Shown here one piece after another: positions 28,520 to 41,689 of a stretch of DNA of 64,000 nucleotides. The translations under genes and the position numbers were made by a program. Numbering within the stretch: the first letter of the stretch is position 1; every line of letters starts with the position of its first letter. Under the pieces are notes generated by a model. That model saw only the letters and a list, made by a program, of their open reading frames with translations. It made no database searches and was not told the DNA's origin. Source of the stretch: the human T2T-CHM13v2.0 reference genome, Homo sapiens; assembly GCF_009914755.1 (NCBI RefSeq), contig NC_060927.1; one strand, written 5' to 3'.

Positions 28520-29170
28520 ACACAGGCTTGAGATATAGCAGGGTGGAGTTGCACCCTTGCAACCTTGTCAAGTTTCTTAACCTCACCATGCCTCAGTTTC
28601 TGCATCTGCAGAGTGGACATCATTTTATCTTGCATAGCTATTTGAAAGGACAAAATGACAAAATGTGCTGCATTGTCCAAGGGAAGTCAGACCGACTTGG
28701 TTCCAATCTTGTTTTTTTTTTTTTTTTTTGCCATTTCCTTACTGACACAGAGTGAACAAGCAATCGAATCTTTCTGAACCTCAGTTTCCTTATCTGTAAA
28801 ACTGGGATAAGATACCTACCCTGGCATGTTATGAGGATTAAGTCAGATGATATACATTCAAAGCACCCAGTGAGGTAGGTGTTGGCACATAGAGGTCCTA
28901 TAGTTTAGCAAAGTTTATAGAGTTATCCCCTATTTTAGAATGGGGAGTCACCAGATGTTAATTCTCCTCCCTGCCTTTAGGATATATGAAAGAAATCAGA
29001 CCAGGGTGGGGAACCCTGGGACCCTGGAATGAATGTTAGGAACCTGTGTTCTGATCCTTAGTTTGCCTTTAGCTGTGGGATCTTGAGCCAAAGTCGTGAC
29101 CTCTCGGTGCACAGTCCCTTCATCTGAGAGAAATGACAAGATTTCAGCTATTGTGTTTCAGGATTATCTG
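28520..29170 (+). mobile_element. MIR cluster
   Basis: Repeated MIR core cctcagtttccttatctgtaaaactgggataa. Confidence 0.7.
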
Positions 29171-29949
29171 AAAAGCCTAGACTGGTATTTCCCAAAGTTA
29201 TATTCTAGGGAATATCAGTCCTGCAGGTTCTCTAGATCCTCGATGGGAAAGGATTCTGTGATCAAATAAAGTCTGGAAACTCACTCTATCCCATTTCTGG
29301 AGACACACAACACACATGAGCAAGAAATCCTACACCAAGGCAACCTCATGCAGCCCCACATTCCCAAATGTACCTGATCATGTGTTCCCAGGAACACATT
29401 CTGGGATGTGCTCACCTAGGCAATTTTCCTGTGTGCTTCATTTTTCTCACGTCTGCAGACAGAATTTTGGGGGTGGGGGGAGACAGGGAGGAAGCAATCC
29501 CACTATGCAAATAGGTCTACGTATCAGCAAAATGATTCACACCTGGGAATGCCCTGTCTGACCTCTAGGGGGATGAAGAAATTGTCAAAGGGCCTGGGCC
29601 TGGAGCCTCCTCATTAGCTTCAGAGGCCTTGGAGAATTGGCCTTGACAGTGCGCCTGGGAGACACCCTTGGGTACCAGCTACCCCTGGGCATGCCTGAAT
29701 TTTCTGGTGCTCATGCACTAACGATGATAAGGAGGCAACTTCAACCCTAGACTCTACCAAAGTCATCAGTGTCGCTGCCAAGAGGCAGCCTTCAGTCAAC
29801 CAAAGAGAGGATGTGATTCAAATACACAGAAAATGTAAACAGAAATAGGCAGATTACTTTATGCATTATTTGAATAATTGTTCTGCTTTCTGGAAAAACC
29901 TATGGTTCTGAGCTTCAGAGTAAATGAACCAACTTCAGCCTCAGGACTA

Positions 29950-30500
29950 AAGTGATAGTGATCCAGACTGGCTGGAAGGAGTTTCAGGGATAATGTAGTA
30001 ACCTCAGACTAATGGTGTGGCCCCCTGCTGAGCTCTGCAGCCTTGTCGGGCACCACATCCTCCCCCAGTATGCTCCACTGGATACTTCACTCAGGCTTTT
30101 GGGAGGGCTAGCTTTCTCCTGCTGCCAGGTTTTTGCACAGGCTGTTCCTCATGCCTGGAGCACTCTTCCTTATCTCTCCCTTGACTGGTAACCCTTTCTT
30201 ATCCTTCATCCTTCAGCTTTGCAGCAACTCTGCTCTGCTCTCCAGATTTGTGAATTTCTCCTGTCTCTCCTTATAATGATGCACCTTTCCTTTCCCTTAC
30301 TAACATATATCACCATTAATTTACAGGTACTTATGTGATTTGGTGTTTGCCTACTAGGCTGTAAGCTCCATAAGGGCAGGGATGGGTGTTATTTTGCTTA
30401 TCTCTGGATCCCTGGCACCTACTTACGTAGGTGCTACTTGTACATTACAGCGGCAAATACAGAGTGGGCTCTGGGTAAATGCCTGGCAGATGAATAAAAT
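29950..30500 (+). mobile_element. L2 fragment
   Basis: tttgcacaggctgttcctcatgcctggagcactctt...ctaggctgtaagctccataagggcaggga. Confidence 0.65.
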
Positions 30501-31289
30501 GACTGCCTGACTAGCTACAGGACTGAGTTAATCAGCTGTGACCCAAAAAGGAATGACCTACCCACAGTCGCACAACGATCAGTGAGGGCTGGGACCAAAT
30601 TCCCAATCAGCTAACTTCTAGTTTGCTCTGTCTTGCTGCCTAGTGGCTGTGTTCCAGCAAGTGCCATTCTCTGCAGAAATCGGTAAAGACTGAACTTTGC
30701 TGGCCTATAACCAGTCTCTTTCCTGATTAAAGCGTTCCTTATTCTGGGAATTGGGGATGGAGACAGGGGTCTCTATAAGCAGCTGCAGTGCAAGCCACCT
30801 GCTGACCTGGGTTTAGCTTGTTTTCTCGCTACTTTGCTTTCTCTCTACTTCCCAGTGTGCCCCCTGGGTTCCCAGAGATTAGTGTCTGAGATGGAGGCTG
30901 CCAAGAGCCACTGCAGAGGAGGGTGGAGGCACCTCCCCATAAAGCACTCCCATCAGCTGGCAGGGCCCTCCTTTCCTCCACAGCCCCATGTTTTTTTATC
31001 CTCCTTCAGAGACAAGCTGCTCCAGCAAATGCTGCCTTCCTGGTGCACTGCAGTCTGGAAAGTTACAGCTGGGACAGTGTCAGTTCCCAACCAGGAGATG
31101 GGGGTGCCCAAGCTCCTGCCACAAGACTGCACTGGGGTTTGAACTGTGGCTGTTTTTGCCGCATTCAAGACCTGGTTACTGCCTCCAAATTCCTTCCTCT
31201 CATTTCCTAAAGCCTGTCTCTTGTGTGTCCACCTTAAATGTAGAGCCTGTAGAACACGGTCAGCAGGTGCCCCCACTCCACTGTCCAAG

Positions 31290-31520
31290 TTCAAATCTTT
31301 GCCTTTCCACTTTAAAGCTGAGCAATCCTAGGAAAGTGATTGGACCTCTCTGAGCCCTAGCTTTTATTTTTTTCAACTCTTTTAACTCTAAATTGGGAAC
31401 AATAATGATAATACCTACCTCATAGGATCGATAAGAGATTAAATAAGATGGATGCATATGACAATTAGCAAAGTGCTTGGCATGCAGTCACGTTCAGTAA
31501 ATCTTAGCAGCCATTAGTCC
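31290..31520 (+). mobile_element. MIR
   Basis: aataatgataatacctacctcataggat...gattaaataagat...aaagtgcttggcatgcag. Confidence 0.7.
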
Positions 31521-33311
31521 TTGGCATTCCATAGCCTGCATATATTCTCCCTTACAGAAGTTCTGATTCTGCAGCACTTAAAGTAGTATAGCAGATTTCC
31601 TCCCCTTTTGGGTAAGAAACCAAGCTTTAAAAGGTTAAGTAGTTTGCCTGTAGTTTCAGAGATAATTAGCTCGAGATAGAGGGAATAATCCTTAGGAAAA
31701 AAATCATGGATTTCGGAATCAGAAAACCTTGAGATCTAATGCTGCCTGTGACACATATTCACTGTATGATCAGGGCCAGATGCTTAACCTCTCGGAGCAT
31801 CTATAGCTGCTGCACTAAAATAACCTCAAAGGACTATTGTAATGATGACAATAAATATTCTCAGACAGCAGGGGTTCAACACATTGTAGGTGTATATAAC
31901 TCTACTATTATTACTGGAAGAGACTCTGATGAAATCTGCAGCCTTGCCATCCATCCGAGTCTTCACTAAGGGCTCTGTTTCAGGGTTATTTGTAGAAAGA
32001 ACATGGAGTTCGGTCTCCCATGCAGTCAATTACATTCTGTTGTTACAAAAAATCATCCAAGGAGATGATACTACCTAATCTGTGGAAGAGTTAAAATAAG
32101 ATCATTTGTGTCTTTCTTTATCATGCCTTATTTCCTTTGCAAGAGAAGACCTTGGGTAGGTCAAAGTTTCCATTCTGAATGATGTACTTCTTGATTGCAA
32201 AATGCAGGGTTTAGCTCCCAGGTTTTGCCAGCCAATGAGAACCCTGCTGTATTTGAGTCACCAGTTTTATGTCTTTGCTGGCTTCTGGCAATGCAGTAAA
32301 TATAACCCAAGAGCTCCAAATGCAGCAATTTTCTGAACAAGCAGCCAATAAATACATTAAAAAAAAACCCAAACAGAAAACCAATCCAGTTCTTTATGAT
32401 CCTGTAGTGCTCAACCAGTCTTTCCCCATCTTCCCCGCAGTCCTGAAATGACCTCCCCTCTTCTTTTCCTTTCTACCATTTCAAGTCTGTTGTGTCATTC
32501 AGAATTTGGCTTCAGGCCTTTCTTCAAGAAGCCCTCCTTGATTACTTTAGCCAGGCATCAACCCACTTTTATAGGAATTGCTAGCAAGCTTTCTATGTGC
32601 CCTGTGCCTTAGCTCTCTCTTCCACCCCAGAGCAGTCATAGCACATGGTAGTCAGAGACCCAGGAGCTGGAAACAGTCAGATCTGGCTTCACATCCTTGC
32701 TCTGCCACTTTCCAGCTCCCTGACATTGGACAATCTACTAAGCTGCCTCTGTCTGTGCCCTTATTTGCAAAGTGGGAGTCCTAACAGTAACAATGCCAAC
32801 AGCAGAGGCTTGTTATGAAAACGAAAGAAGATGGTACTCATAAAGCACTTAGCATCATGTCCCAAATATGAGGGGTTGCAAGGTTAAGGCTATAATGTAT
32901 TACTATTGAGGCCAGAGACTATGTTTTTTATCCAGCATAGAGGATACAGCTGTGTTTTTTTTTTAATGGATTATCTTAATAATCTTTATATCTGGGGCTG
33001 GGAGACTGTCCAATTCGCCTGCACTATCCTGAAGACACAAGGAACTGAAGCCATTCAAAGAAGAGAGTGGGTGTTGTCTTTCTGTGTAAGTGTGGCAGCC
33101 AAAACCAAGGGTATAGAGGAAGCAGGCGGTTTTGTGAAGAAAAATACAGGGGACTAGGCCTGGTCTATCCCTTGCTAGCTGTGCAGTCACCTCCTAAATA
33201 TCTCTTGAATCCTTCTATGCTGTGTATCCACTTCCCTAAGCCAGGCTCCCATCATCTCCATCCTCAACCACCGATTTCATAATCATCCTCTCTTGCTTCC
33301 CTCTGATACAA

Positions 33312-33811
33312 AGCAGTTCTCCCTCCTGGCTGCATATTTGAATCCCCAGAGAGAGATAAAAGGCAATCCTAATGTTGAGGCTGCACCTGGACCAAATAAA
33401 TATGATATTCCGGGTTGGGGCTCAGGCAGCAGTATTTTCTGTTTGTTTGTTTTTTGAGACAGAGTCTTGCTCTGTCGCCAGGCTGGAGTGCCAGTGGCGT
33501 GATCTCAGCTAACTGCAACCTCCACCTCCCAAGTTAAAGTGATTATCCTGCCTCAGCCTCCCAAGAAGCTGGGACTACAGGTGCATGCCACCACGCCTGA
33601 CTAATTTTTTAATTTATTTTAATTTTTTTTATTTTTAGTAGAGACGGGGTTTCACCATGTTGGCCCGGATGGTCTCGATCTCTTGACCTCGTGATCCACC
33701 CACCTCAGCCTCTCAAAGTGCTGGGATTACAGGTGTGAGTCACCACACCCAGCCAATTTTTTTAAAACCCTCCGAGTGATTCCAACGTGCAGCCAGGATT
33801 GAAAACCTCTA
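33312..33811. mobile_element. MER5A1-like MITE split by an AluS
   Basis: Left half ends ggggctcaggcagcagtatttt; right half resumes ttttaaaaccctccgagtgattccaacgtgcagccaggattgaaaacctct. Confidence 0.75.
33437..33754 (-). mobile_element. Alu, AluSc-like
   Basis: ctctgtcgccaggctgg (1-nt deletion) and gatggtctcgatctcttgacctcgtgatcc diagnostics. Confidence 0.9.
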
Positions 33812-33819
33812 TTAAAATC

Positions 33820-34005
33820 CAGTGGTTCTCAAACTTTGGTGCCCATAAAAATCAACCAGAGAACTTGTTAAAACACAGAGTCCTGGGCCTCACCCTGGGA
33901 CAGTTTTGATTCAGCAGGCTTGAGGTGACAACCAAGAATTCATCCTTCTAAACATCTCCTGGGTGGTGCTGATGCTGCAAAACCACACGCCATGAAGTAC
34001 GAATT
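33820..34005. mobile_element. MER5A
   Basis: cagtggttctcaaactttgg...cttgttaaaacacaga...gattcagcagg...ggtgctgatgctgc. Confidence 0.8.
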
Positions 34006-34304
34006 TAACTCAGGCTTTGCAAGGCAGGCTGCTCATCTTTTTGGAACGTGCATTTGCTCATGTTACTCTCCTGCTTAAGACCTGTCAATAACGTTCCACT
34101 TCCCTTGGTAGTAAGAGCCTGAGACCCTTATCAAGGCGTTGAGAGCTGTTGTCATCTGGCTCCTGCACAGCTTTCCAGCCTCATCTCCCACCACTCTGTC
34201 TTGTTCTCTACGCTCAGACCATTCTGTACTTCTAGGTTCACAAACATGACATACTCTTGCTTGGCCCCTGGTCAATGTGAATCCTCTTTCCTCTTCTGTC
34301 ATCA

Positions 34305-34590
34305 TTCTTTTCCCCCTGAGACAGGGTCTTTCTTTGTTGTCTAGGCTGGAATGCAATGTTGAGATCATAGCTCACTGCAGCCTTGACCTCCTGGGCTGAA
34401 GTGATTCTTCCACCACAGCCTCCTGACTAGCTGGGACTACAGGCATCATCATGCCCAGCTGATTTTTGTATTTTTCGTAGAGACGGGGTCATGCTACGTT
34501 GCCCAGGCTGGTCTTGAACCCCTAGCCTCAAACTCCCACAGGGGCCTCCTAGAGGGCTGGGATTACAGATGTGAGCCACTGCACCTGGCC
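34305..34590 (-). mobile_element. Alu, AluJ-type, inserted in an L2; TSD core tctgtcatc
   Basis: gagacagggtct...catagctcactgcagccttgacctcctgggct; flanking tctgtcatc on both sides. Confidence 0.88.
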
Positions 34591-36639
34591 CTCTGTCATC
34601 TTTGTCTGGTTAACAGTAAATCATTAACCCAAAGCCTAGTATCAATATTGCTACCTTAGGGGCCTTCTTGGTCTCAGCCAAGGTCACCTCTTCTAGGCCA
34701 CCCTAACATCCTGAACCTCCTCTTTTATCACTCCCATCACATTTGTGTGATTTGCTTCTTGGCATGTTCTGTGCAAGACTGTAAGTGCCTTTGGCAAAGA
34801 CCTTGTCTGTCTTGTTCATTATAAAAATAGCCAATGACTGATGTATGGTAAGGGAGTAAGAAATATTTGCAGAGTTAAATTTGAGATAGAGATAATAACA
34901 TCTATGTGGCAGGGATGTTTTGAGGAGTTAAGGTGATGTTTTTCCAGGCACTTAGTGTGGTGTCTGACACTTAATAGGTGCTCAAATCATGACCTAAATA
35001 GAAATCTGAATGCAAATGGTTTAAACTTATTAAATTCTGTTGAATGAGTAAATGAAAGTGAGTATTTAAGTGCAGAAAGGACAGAGAATAACTGACTAAA
35101 GTGGTGGGAATAATAGAGGTGTGAACCAATTAGACTCTGGGAGTCTCTGCTTCCTCATCTGGAAATTAGAAATATTAGTATTCAACTAACCATTTAAAAA
35201 TATTCACTAAACACTTGCCTTGTTTCAGGCATTATGTTATGAACTGTGAGAGCAGGATAAATACATAACTTGATAACTTTCAGAATTATTTCAACAAAAA
35301 GAAGAGTTATATTTTTCAAAACTAGTAAAACATTGCATATATTTAAATAATTATTTTCATTGCCATTCGTTTTTCAATTTAGTTTTTACTAATTTCTGAA
35401 ATTTAGTTTGGGCAGCTGATTTGATGGGAAATGGTCACTTTTTCAAAACAAGCCAGAGGTGATTATATTCTCTGGAGATTTTGACATAAACATTATGGGA
35501 AATGAAATGCCTTTTTGTACTGTTAAATAATCTTGCTCTTTAAGCAGCATCAAGTCATGGTAAAAAGCATTTTATAAATGGCAAAATAATGAGCTCAACA
35601 GGAAGTCCAGAAAAACATCCAGTGATGTTTAAAATACCTCTAATCAAATCGAATGCTTTTGCTAAAAAATACCTGCTCTTTATTTTAAGAAGAAGTGAAC
35701 CTCATTTTCAAACACTGATAGCATGGTATAAAATTATTCACAAGGTCAAAAGGAAATTGAGTTTTCCAGCTTCTGCAATTGTGGCTTTTGTGAATGTGTA
35801 CGTGCATGCATGTGAGTGGTGTGTATATATGTGCACGTGTGTAAGAAAGCTCAAGTAGTAAAAAACATTCAGATCTGTAAATCACAGAGCTGCCCATGTC
35901 AATTAAAACTGAGGTGAATTAATTAAATTAAAACCTTTCCAGGGTACTTGAGAACTGTCACATGCACCACTGTTTCCTTTGAGCAACATGTCACAAATAT
36001 AAGATGTGCTTAATTTCCAGTCCCAGGCTGATCATTAAACAGTACCTGGTGGAAACTGGGTCTATTCATAAGTCTACCTACATGTATCATTATCTCATTT
36101 TGCCTGCTCTGAAGAGTTTGTCTACCATGGGGTTGCCATTGTTCAAAGTCAAAAATATTTTAAAAGGGTGAGTTTCATCTTGATTAAGACCTGTCAAAGA
36201 AACAGTTTGTTCCCAGTATCAAATCCATAACCAAGTAGTTTTTTTTATTAGTTCTTTTAAAAGTAACTGTGCCTAAGAAGAGGAGGTGGTATTAAAAAGA
36301 GTAAGCGGCCAAATTCTCCAACAGATGGGAGAAAAAGAACGAACTAAAAAACCCAAAATTACATTATTGGCATTTATCAAGTATGTCCTGCTTATAATAT
36401 ACTGCATTGTGTGCAAATGCACAAAGGTATCAGGGGTATCATCTACTTTAACACATGAGACAGTTCTTATTTGTTGGACTATATAGATGCCTACTCTCAC
36501 TATATTCAAGAAGTTGGAAGTAGATTTTGTATGTTTGGTGAAGCTGAGGTCCATAATCCCATGTCAATCATAAGCAAGGATAATCATGTGTTGTACTGAA
36601 AACAAAATAAATATTGAAAAATAAATTTAAAAAGGAAAA

Positions 36640-36993
36640 TTAATTAGGATAGGTTAATTTATTCCATGGTAAGAAGTTAACCTTGAAATCTCAGTTGCTT
36701 AACACAATAACCATTTATTTCTTGCTTACTCTACTTACCCAGTGCCAATTATGGGGGACTCTCTTCCACAGAATTACTCAGGGATCCAAGCACATGGAAG
36801 CACCACCATTTTGTGACTCTGCTACCTCAACATGTGGCTTTCAGGCTCAGTGTGACAGGGAAAATAGAACATGGAGGACTGAAAGCCAGTTTGCTGAAAC
36901 TAATCTTGTGGCCCTAACCTAGCTGCAAAGAAAGTTAGAAAATGAAAAAAAAAATACATAAAATATTTTATAAGCATTAGTGTGTCTGCCTCA
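36640..36993 (-). mobile_element. MLT1J-like MaLR LTR
   Basis: aaatctcagttgcttaacacaataaccatttatttcttgctt...ttactcagggatccaag...gtctgcctca. Confidence 0.6.
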
Positions 36994-37610
36994 AAAAAGA
37001 TTGTAGATTTTGGTTAAAGTGCTTAAAATATAGACTCTATTTGAATATCTAGAAATTGCTTGATTCTCTAGTTTACCTGGCCTATGTGGACACTTCTACA
37101 ACTAATTTAAACTTAGCTTGAGTTTAAATTAACTCAAGTGAACATGGTGTAACATAATTTAATTTGCATTGTGAAAGGCAAATATGACCTTGGCTTAGAG
37201 GAGGGAAATAGAAGAAAGTAGTAATCTCCTCTGAGAGAGAAACCTGCAAATAAGCAGTATTTTAACCAGTATAAATTAAAACAATATTGGCTGCAATACA
37301 CAAATTCAGCACTGGGAAGTTCAAATTAAGATGGCCCTAGGGTCTCGTAATCTAATTTACTTCTAATGTACCTACAAGTTCCCAGCCTGAGAAACACTTT
37401 AAATGGTAAACCACCATGAAGACAGATGACTTCTTATCTCTTGAAATTGTATTTGTAATCCAGACACCAGGCTAATCCTCTGTGAAACTGTTTTTAAGAT
37501 TAGGTAGTTCACCTGCTTATGTTGCCCTTTCATATTTGCAAAAGCTAAGAAAATGCTTTTTAGGGTCTTCAGAGAAAACATTCTGTAGTGATTATGGCAA
37601 ATCCCTCCTC

Positions 37611-37652
37611 TCCTCCCCAATTACTGTAAAATCCTCCCCAATTACTGTAAAA
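37611..37652. repeat. Perfect 21-bp tandem duplication (tcctccccaattactgtaaaa)x2
   Basis: Read directly from the sequence. Confidence 0.95.
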
Positions 37653-38954
37653 TCTCAGAAGGAACAAAACGTATGCAGGAACCTTAAGTAACCACTTTTA
37701 CAAAAGGAACTTACTTTCACAAAAAAGTAAATGTACAATGATGGCAATTGTGTTTTTAAAAAGCAATACCAAATATATATATCAGATCAATACTCTGCCC
37801 TTTTATGCTAACATTCCTAGACACAGAATTGATTTGTAAAATGATGCCTTTCAACAAGATGCTTGTTGTATTGTAAGGTAAGAGAGTGGAAAAATACATT
37901 TTTAAGAAATGGCTTTAAGATGAAGTGAAACCCAAATGATTTTCAGGTTAATATCTCAGCAAGTTCCTGACACAAAAGAGGTGTTCAATATATATTTGTT
38001 GAGTGATTGTCTATAAATATTTCATCCTCCATGTAACAGGGAACTGTCAATATCCTAACATGGTCTATGCGATTTTTTAAAATTGAAAAATTATCTATGC
38101 TTTTATCATTCAACCTGTAATGGTCATCATTATCGACTCAGTTGATTAAGGATGACAGGATCAGCTACCTATTCATTTTATTTCATAAAAATAAGTGGGT
38201 GATCTAAAAGTATAGGGTTTGGGGAAAATCAGATACCTAAATAGTTGTGAAAATTCTTCCAGAAGTTGAAAGGACTGTTCAGAGATTATTATTGTCGGTG
38301 TTGATGGTGTTTCACCTCCTTTTAAGTCCTGCAGGCGTTTTGGTGACATTTCAGCAAACTGTGTACTCCTGTGAATTTTTTATTGTGAAATTCTGCCATA
38401 GAGATATCAAATCATGATGCCACAAGGCCCCTGCTGGTTTCTGACCGTGCTTAATAGATTCTGTCTCTACAGCCTGACATGTGCAGTTGTGTTGGAAAAT
38501 GGCTGATTAAAAAATTTAGAGTCAACACATGCAGCCAGCCTGCATGGAACAAGATAGCGCCCTGGGTGACAGCCTGGGGCTTTGATGCAGGAAGGATGGA
38601 AGGGATCTTATGCTCCTGATAGGAAGTCAGACATGCACCCTAAGAGGAGAAAATTCTGAAAAATTCATAAGCTTCCTTATCATTAATAATTAATCTCTAA
38701 ACCAACAGGCACTGGCAATTTATACTGGCCAACACGGGAGAACAGCCAAGGGTTGGAGCTATACCTCCCTCTGCAAACCCCTCTAGAGTGATTAATTTCA
38801 TGGCAACCTTCAGTTTATTATCAGAGAAGCAAAGCTGCAGAAATTCAGGAAATAGTCTTCATAAACTGTGACATTAGCCATCACAATTTATAAGACAAAA
38901 GGGTCAAGTCTCCCCCAACCAGTCTCTTCACCTTCCTCCTCACCACTAGCACCA

Positions 38955-39016
38955 AAAACAAAAAACCAAAACAACAACAACAGCAAAAAAACCAAAAAAC
39001 CAGAAAAACCCACAAA
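38955..39016 (+). repeat. A-rich (CAA/CAAAA)n low-complexity tract
   Basis: Read directly from the sequence. Confidence 0.85.
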
Positions 39017-39083
39017 GGTTTAGATTTGACACTAGCTCAGATTGGGATTTTTCTGACAAAATTCTATGATCTCTATAAGTTCT

Positions 39084-39311
39084 CAGTAGTTATTACTTGG
39101 ATAGGGAAGGGGGAGCAATTTTGTCCCTAGGAAATGTTTGGTAAAGTCTAGAGACATTTTTCGTTGTCACAATGGAGGGTGAGAGGTGCCACTGCCAATA
39201 GTGGGTAGAGGCCTGGGGTGCTGTTCAACACCATACAATGCACAAGACAGCCCCTGCAACAAGGAATTATCCAGCTTAAAATGTCATTGGTGCTGAGGCT
39301 GAGAAACCCTG
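39084..39311 (+). mobile_element. MER20 (hAT-Charlie)
   Basis: gagacatttttcgttgtcacaa...tagtgggtagaggcc...tacaatgcacaagacagcccc...aaaatgtcattggtgctgaggctgagaaaccctg. Confidence 0.88.
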
Positions 39312-41689
39312 CTGTAAATGCTGATCTCAGGAAAGTAAGATGTTTGCCCTGACAACATTTGATTATGGGGGCAAAGAGAATATTATTAAACTGACAATGG
39401 AGGCTTAACTTCATAATGTTAATCCTCTAACTGTTAAACCCTTCCCAGTATTACCAGCTGGGCTAAGATCTAAAATAATTTGAGGAAGAAAAGAGATAAG
39501 AATGAGAATTTTGACAGTCCATATGTGGTGAAAAAATTTGTTCAAGAAGGCACCAGGTTTGCAAGAACAATCCAGACAGGTATTTCCGGAATTCTGCTTT
39601 GGAGTGCTTTGGGGTTTTTTCTCACTGAGGTGTGTAATATCTTACACAGGGGTTAAACAACTGGGGTCTTGCTGACCCCTGTGTTGTATGCATATTTATG
39701 TTGCAAGCCTCCTTGTTCCAGGAGACAGCTGCAATAGAGTGACTGGAAGCATTCACTATCTTCTAACACTCTGTCACAAGGCTGCTGATCCTGACACACT
39801 CACAAACCACACCTTCAACCTGTTGCTTGCAGGGAAAGGGTCATGCAAACACACAATCCCCTCTCCTTGATTTAAAAGCCTGAGATGCTGCACAGAGCCG
39901 AATCAGAATAAGAGATGCAGAAAATCTGGGGGTGGGGTAGAAATAGGCACAATGAGGAGGTTTCTAGAAGGCAATCATACTATCTCATTATTTACTTCAC
40001 TTTAAGATAAAAGTAGAAAATCCCCATTCTTTTTCCAGTAAGGCAAAATATATTGCCCTCCTTTCTCACTAAATTCCATTTTTAGTTAAGTTTTTAGGTT
40101 TGCTAATGTCACTATTTCATAAGGAAGAAAAAATTAATGCTTGATTCTAACATCTGTGTTTCTCAGGAATTTTTTTTTTCCACTGGAATGAGAAACCACA
40201 CTTATCTTGTACAGAAGGAAGAAACTGCAATGAATTCATTTTACAGAAGAACATCTTAAGCCAGTTTCTCTTCCCTGATAAGTGAGGGAGAAGTTGAGAT
40301 TTCTGGGCCCCAGATTTATAGCATTCTTTCCCTGCTAAAAATGTTTTAAGCCTAAATGCATGCCTATTATTACATACAAGTTTTACATGAACAAAACTGC
40401 AAAAGAGAAACCATGTTGACCTAAGGAAACTTCTGCAGCAGAGTGTTGAATGGGATTCTTCCTGGTGTTCAGGAATTGGAGACATAAATTTTGGTGGAAC
40501 ATTCATACCCTCCAGGGCTTATTAAAAGGTGTCCAACCTAGCCCTACTATCCCCAGTCATCATTCCAATGACTTTCCTCACCAGTTGTATATGAGAAGAA
40601 AACAGCGAAAGGAGAGGCGAGGGACTGGTTAGAAAGAAAAAGAAACCCCTCAGGGTTCCCAAGGCATTAGCCTGAGAAAAGAGATTGCTGTAGCTTTTCT
40701 TTACCCCACCTGTGGTGCTTCCTGCTGCTTTCCACCAAGAAAATAACCTTTAGAGATTGGAATTCCTGAAAAAAAGTGAGCATCTTGTTTTCATGGTTCT
40801 GTTGAAAGTCTGCTTTGCAGCCAGCTGGTTGACCTGCCTTGTGTCTAGTTGAGCAGATCTAAAACACAAAGAATTGGAGGGAGACAGCCCGCTGGAGTGG
40901 GGTACTTGTGGCTATATTTCTACTGCCACTATTTGATGTGTCAAAGTTGTGTGGGTTTCTTACAGGTTAAACGCACACTGAGGAAGGTATTATAGGTGAA
41001 CTAGGGCCATCTTACTGGAGCTTCATCCTAGAGGTGGATGCTGGTCCAGAGAGATGCTGGTCCAGATACTTCCTATAGTCCCGGCTATAGGAAGCTCTAG
41101 GATGAAGTCCCAGAGATGGGAGCTTATGTGTGGTTGGAAGACAGGAAGCTGATGAAGATCTCCCTAAGAGTAGCAGCTCCCACTGATGGGCTCCCAAGTA
41201 ACTCATCCATGTCTCTCATGAGAGCACCAGCACTTAGCTGCCACCACACAGTGGGACCAATGGAGAGGTAGTGAAATAACTGGAGAGGAGATTGCACTCA
41301 CCAGCCCAACTAAGTAAAATGAACTTTGCCTTTCCCCGTCAGCACTGCCCAAGACTTTTCAACTCCCTGCATTGACCCTGGAAAAGCTAGTCACAGAAGA
41401 GGCAGGGAGGTTATGAGCTTTAAGTTGGATATAAAATTGACATTGTAAATGAGACTGGGTTTTTGAAAGCGACTGGAAAGCTAAGAAGTCTATACAAGGA
41501 GTCATTAGATGGAAGAGGGAGTTCTGGCACAGCAATGCTGAAGGTAAAAACTGGAAAAAAATAAAGCTGTGTCATATTTGTCCTCCACTGGATGCAGAAT
41601 CATTGATAAATTAATTATAATTTATATAAAGATCCTTCCATAAACTTTCCTTCTAAAAAAACTGTTACACAACTTTTAAAAAAGAAAAC

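Noticed and set aside
30834-31353. Cluster of overlapping 95-121-aa ORFs on both strands
   Set aside because: Locally GC-richer DNA lowers stop frequency; no recognisable domain or convincing exon structure.
41037-41066. 14-bp direct repeat gatgctggtccaga x2 (similar short duplications near 42911 and 52931)
   Set aside because: Ordinary short slippage duplications with only two copies; not an array.
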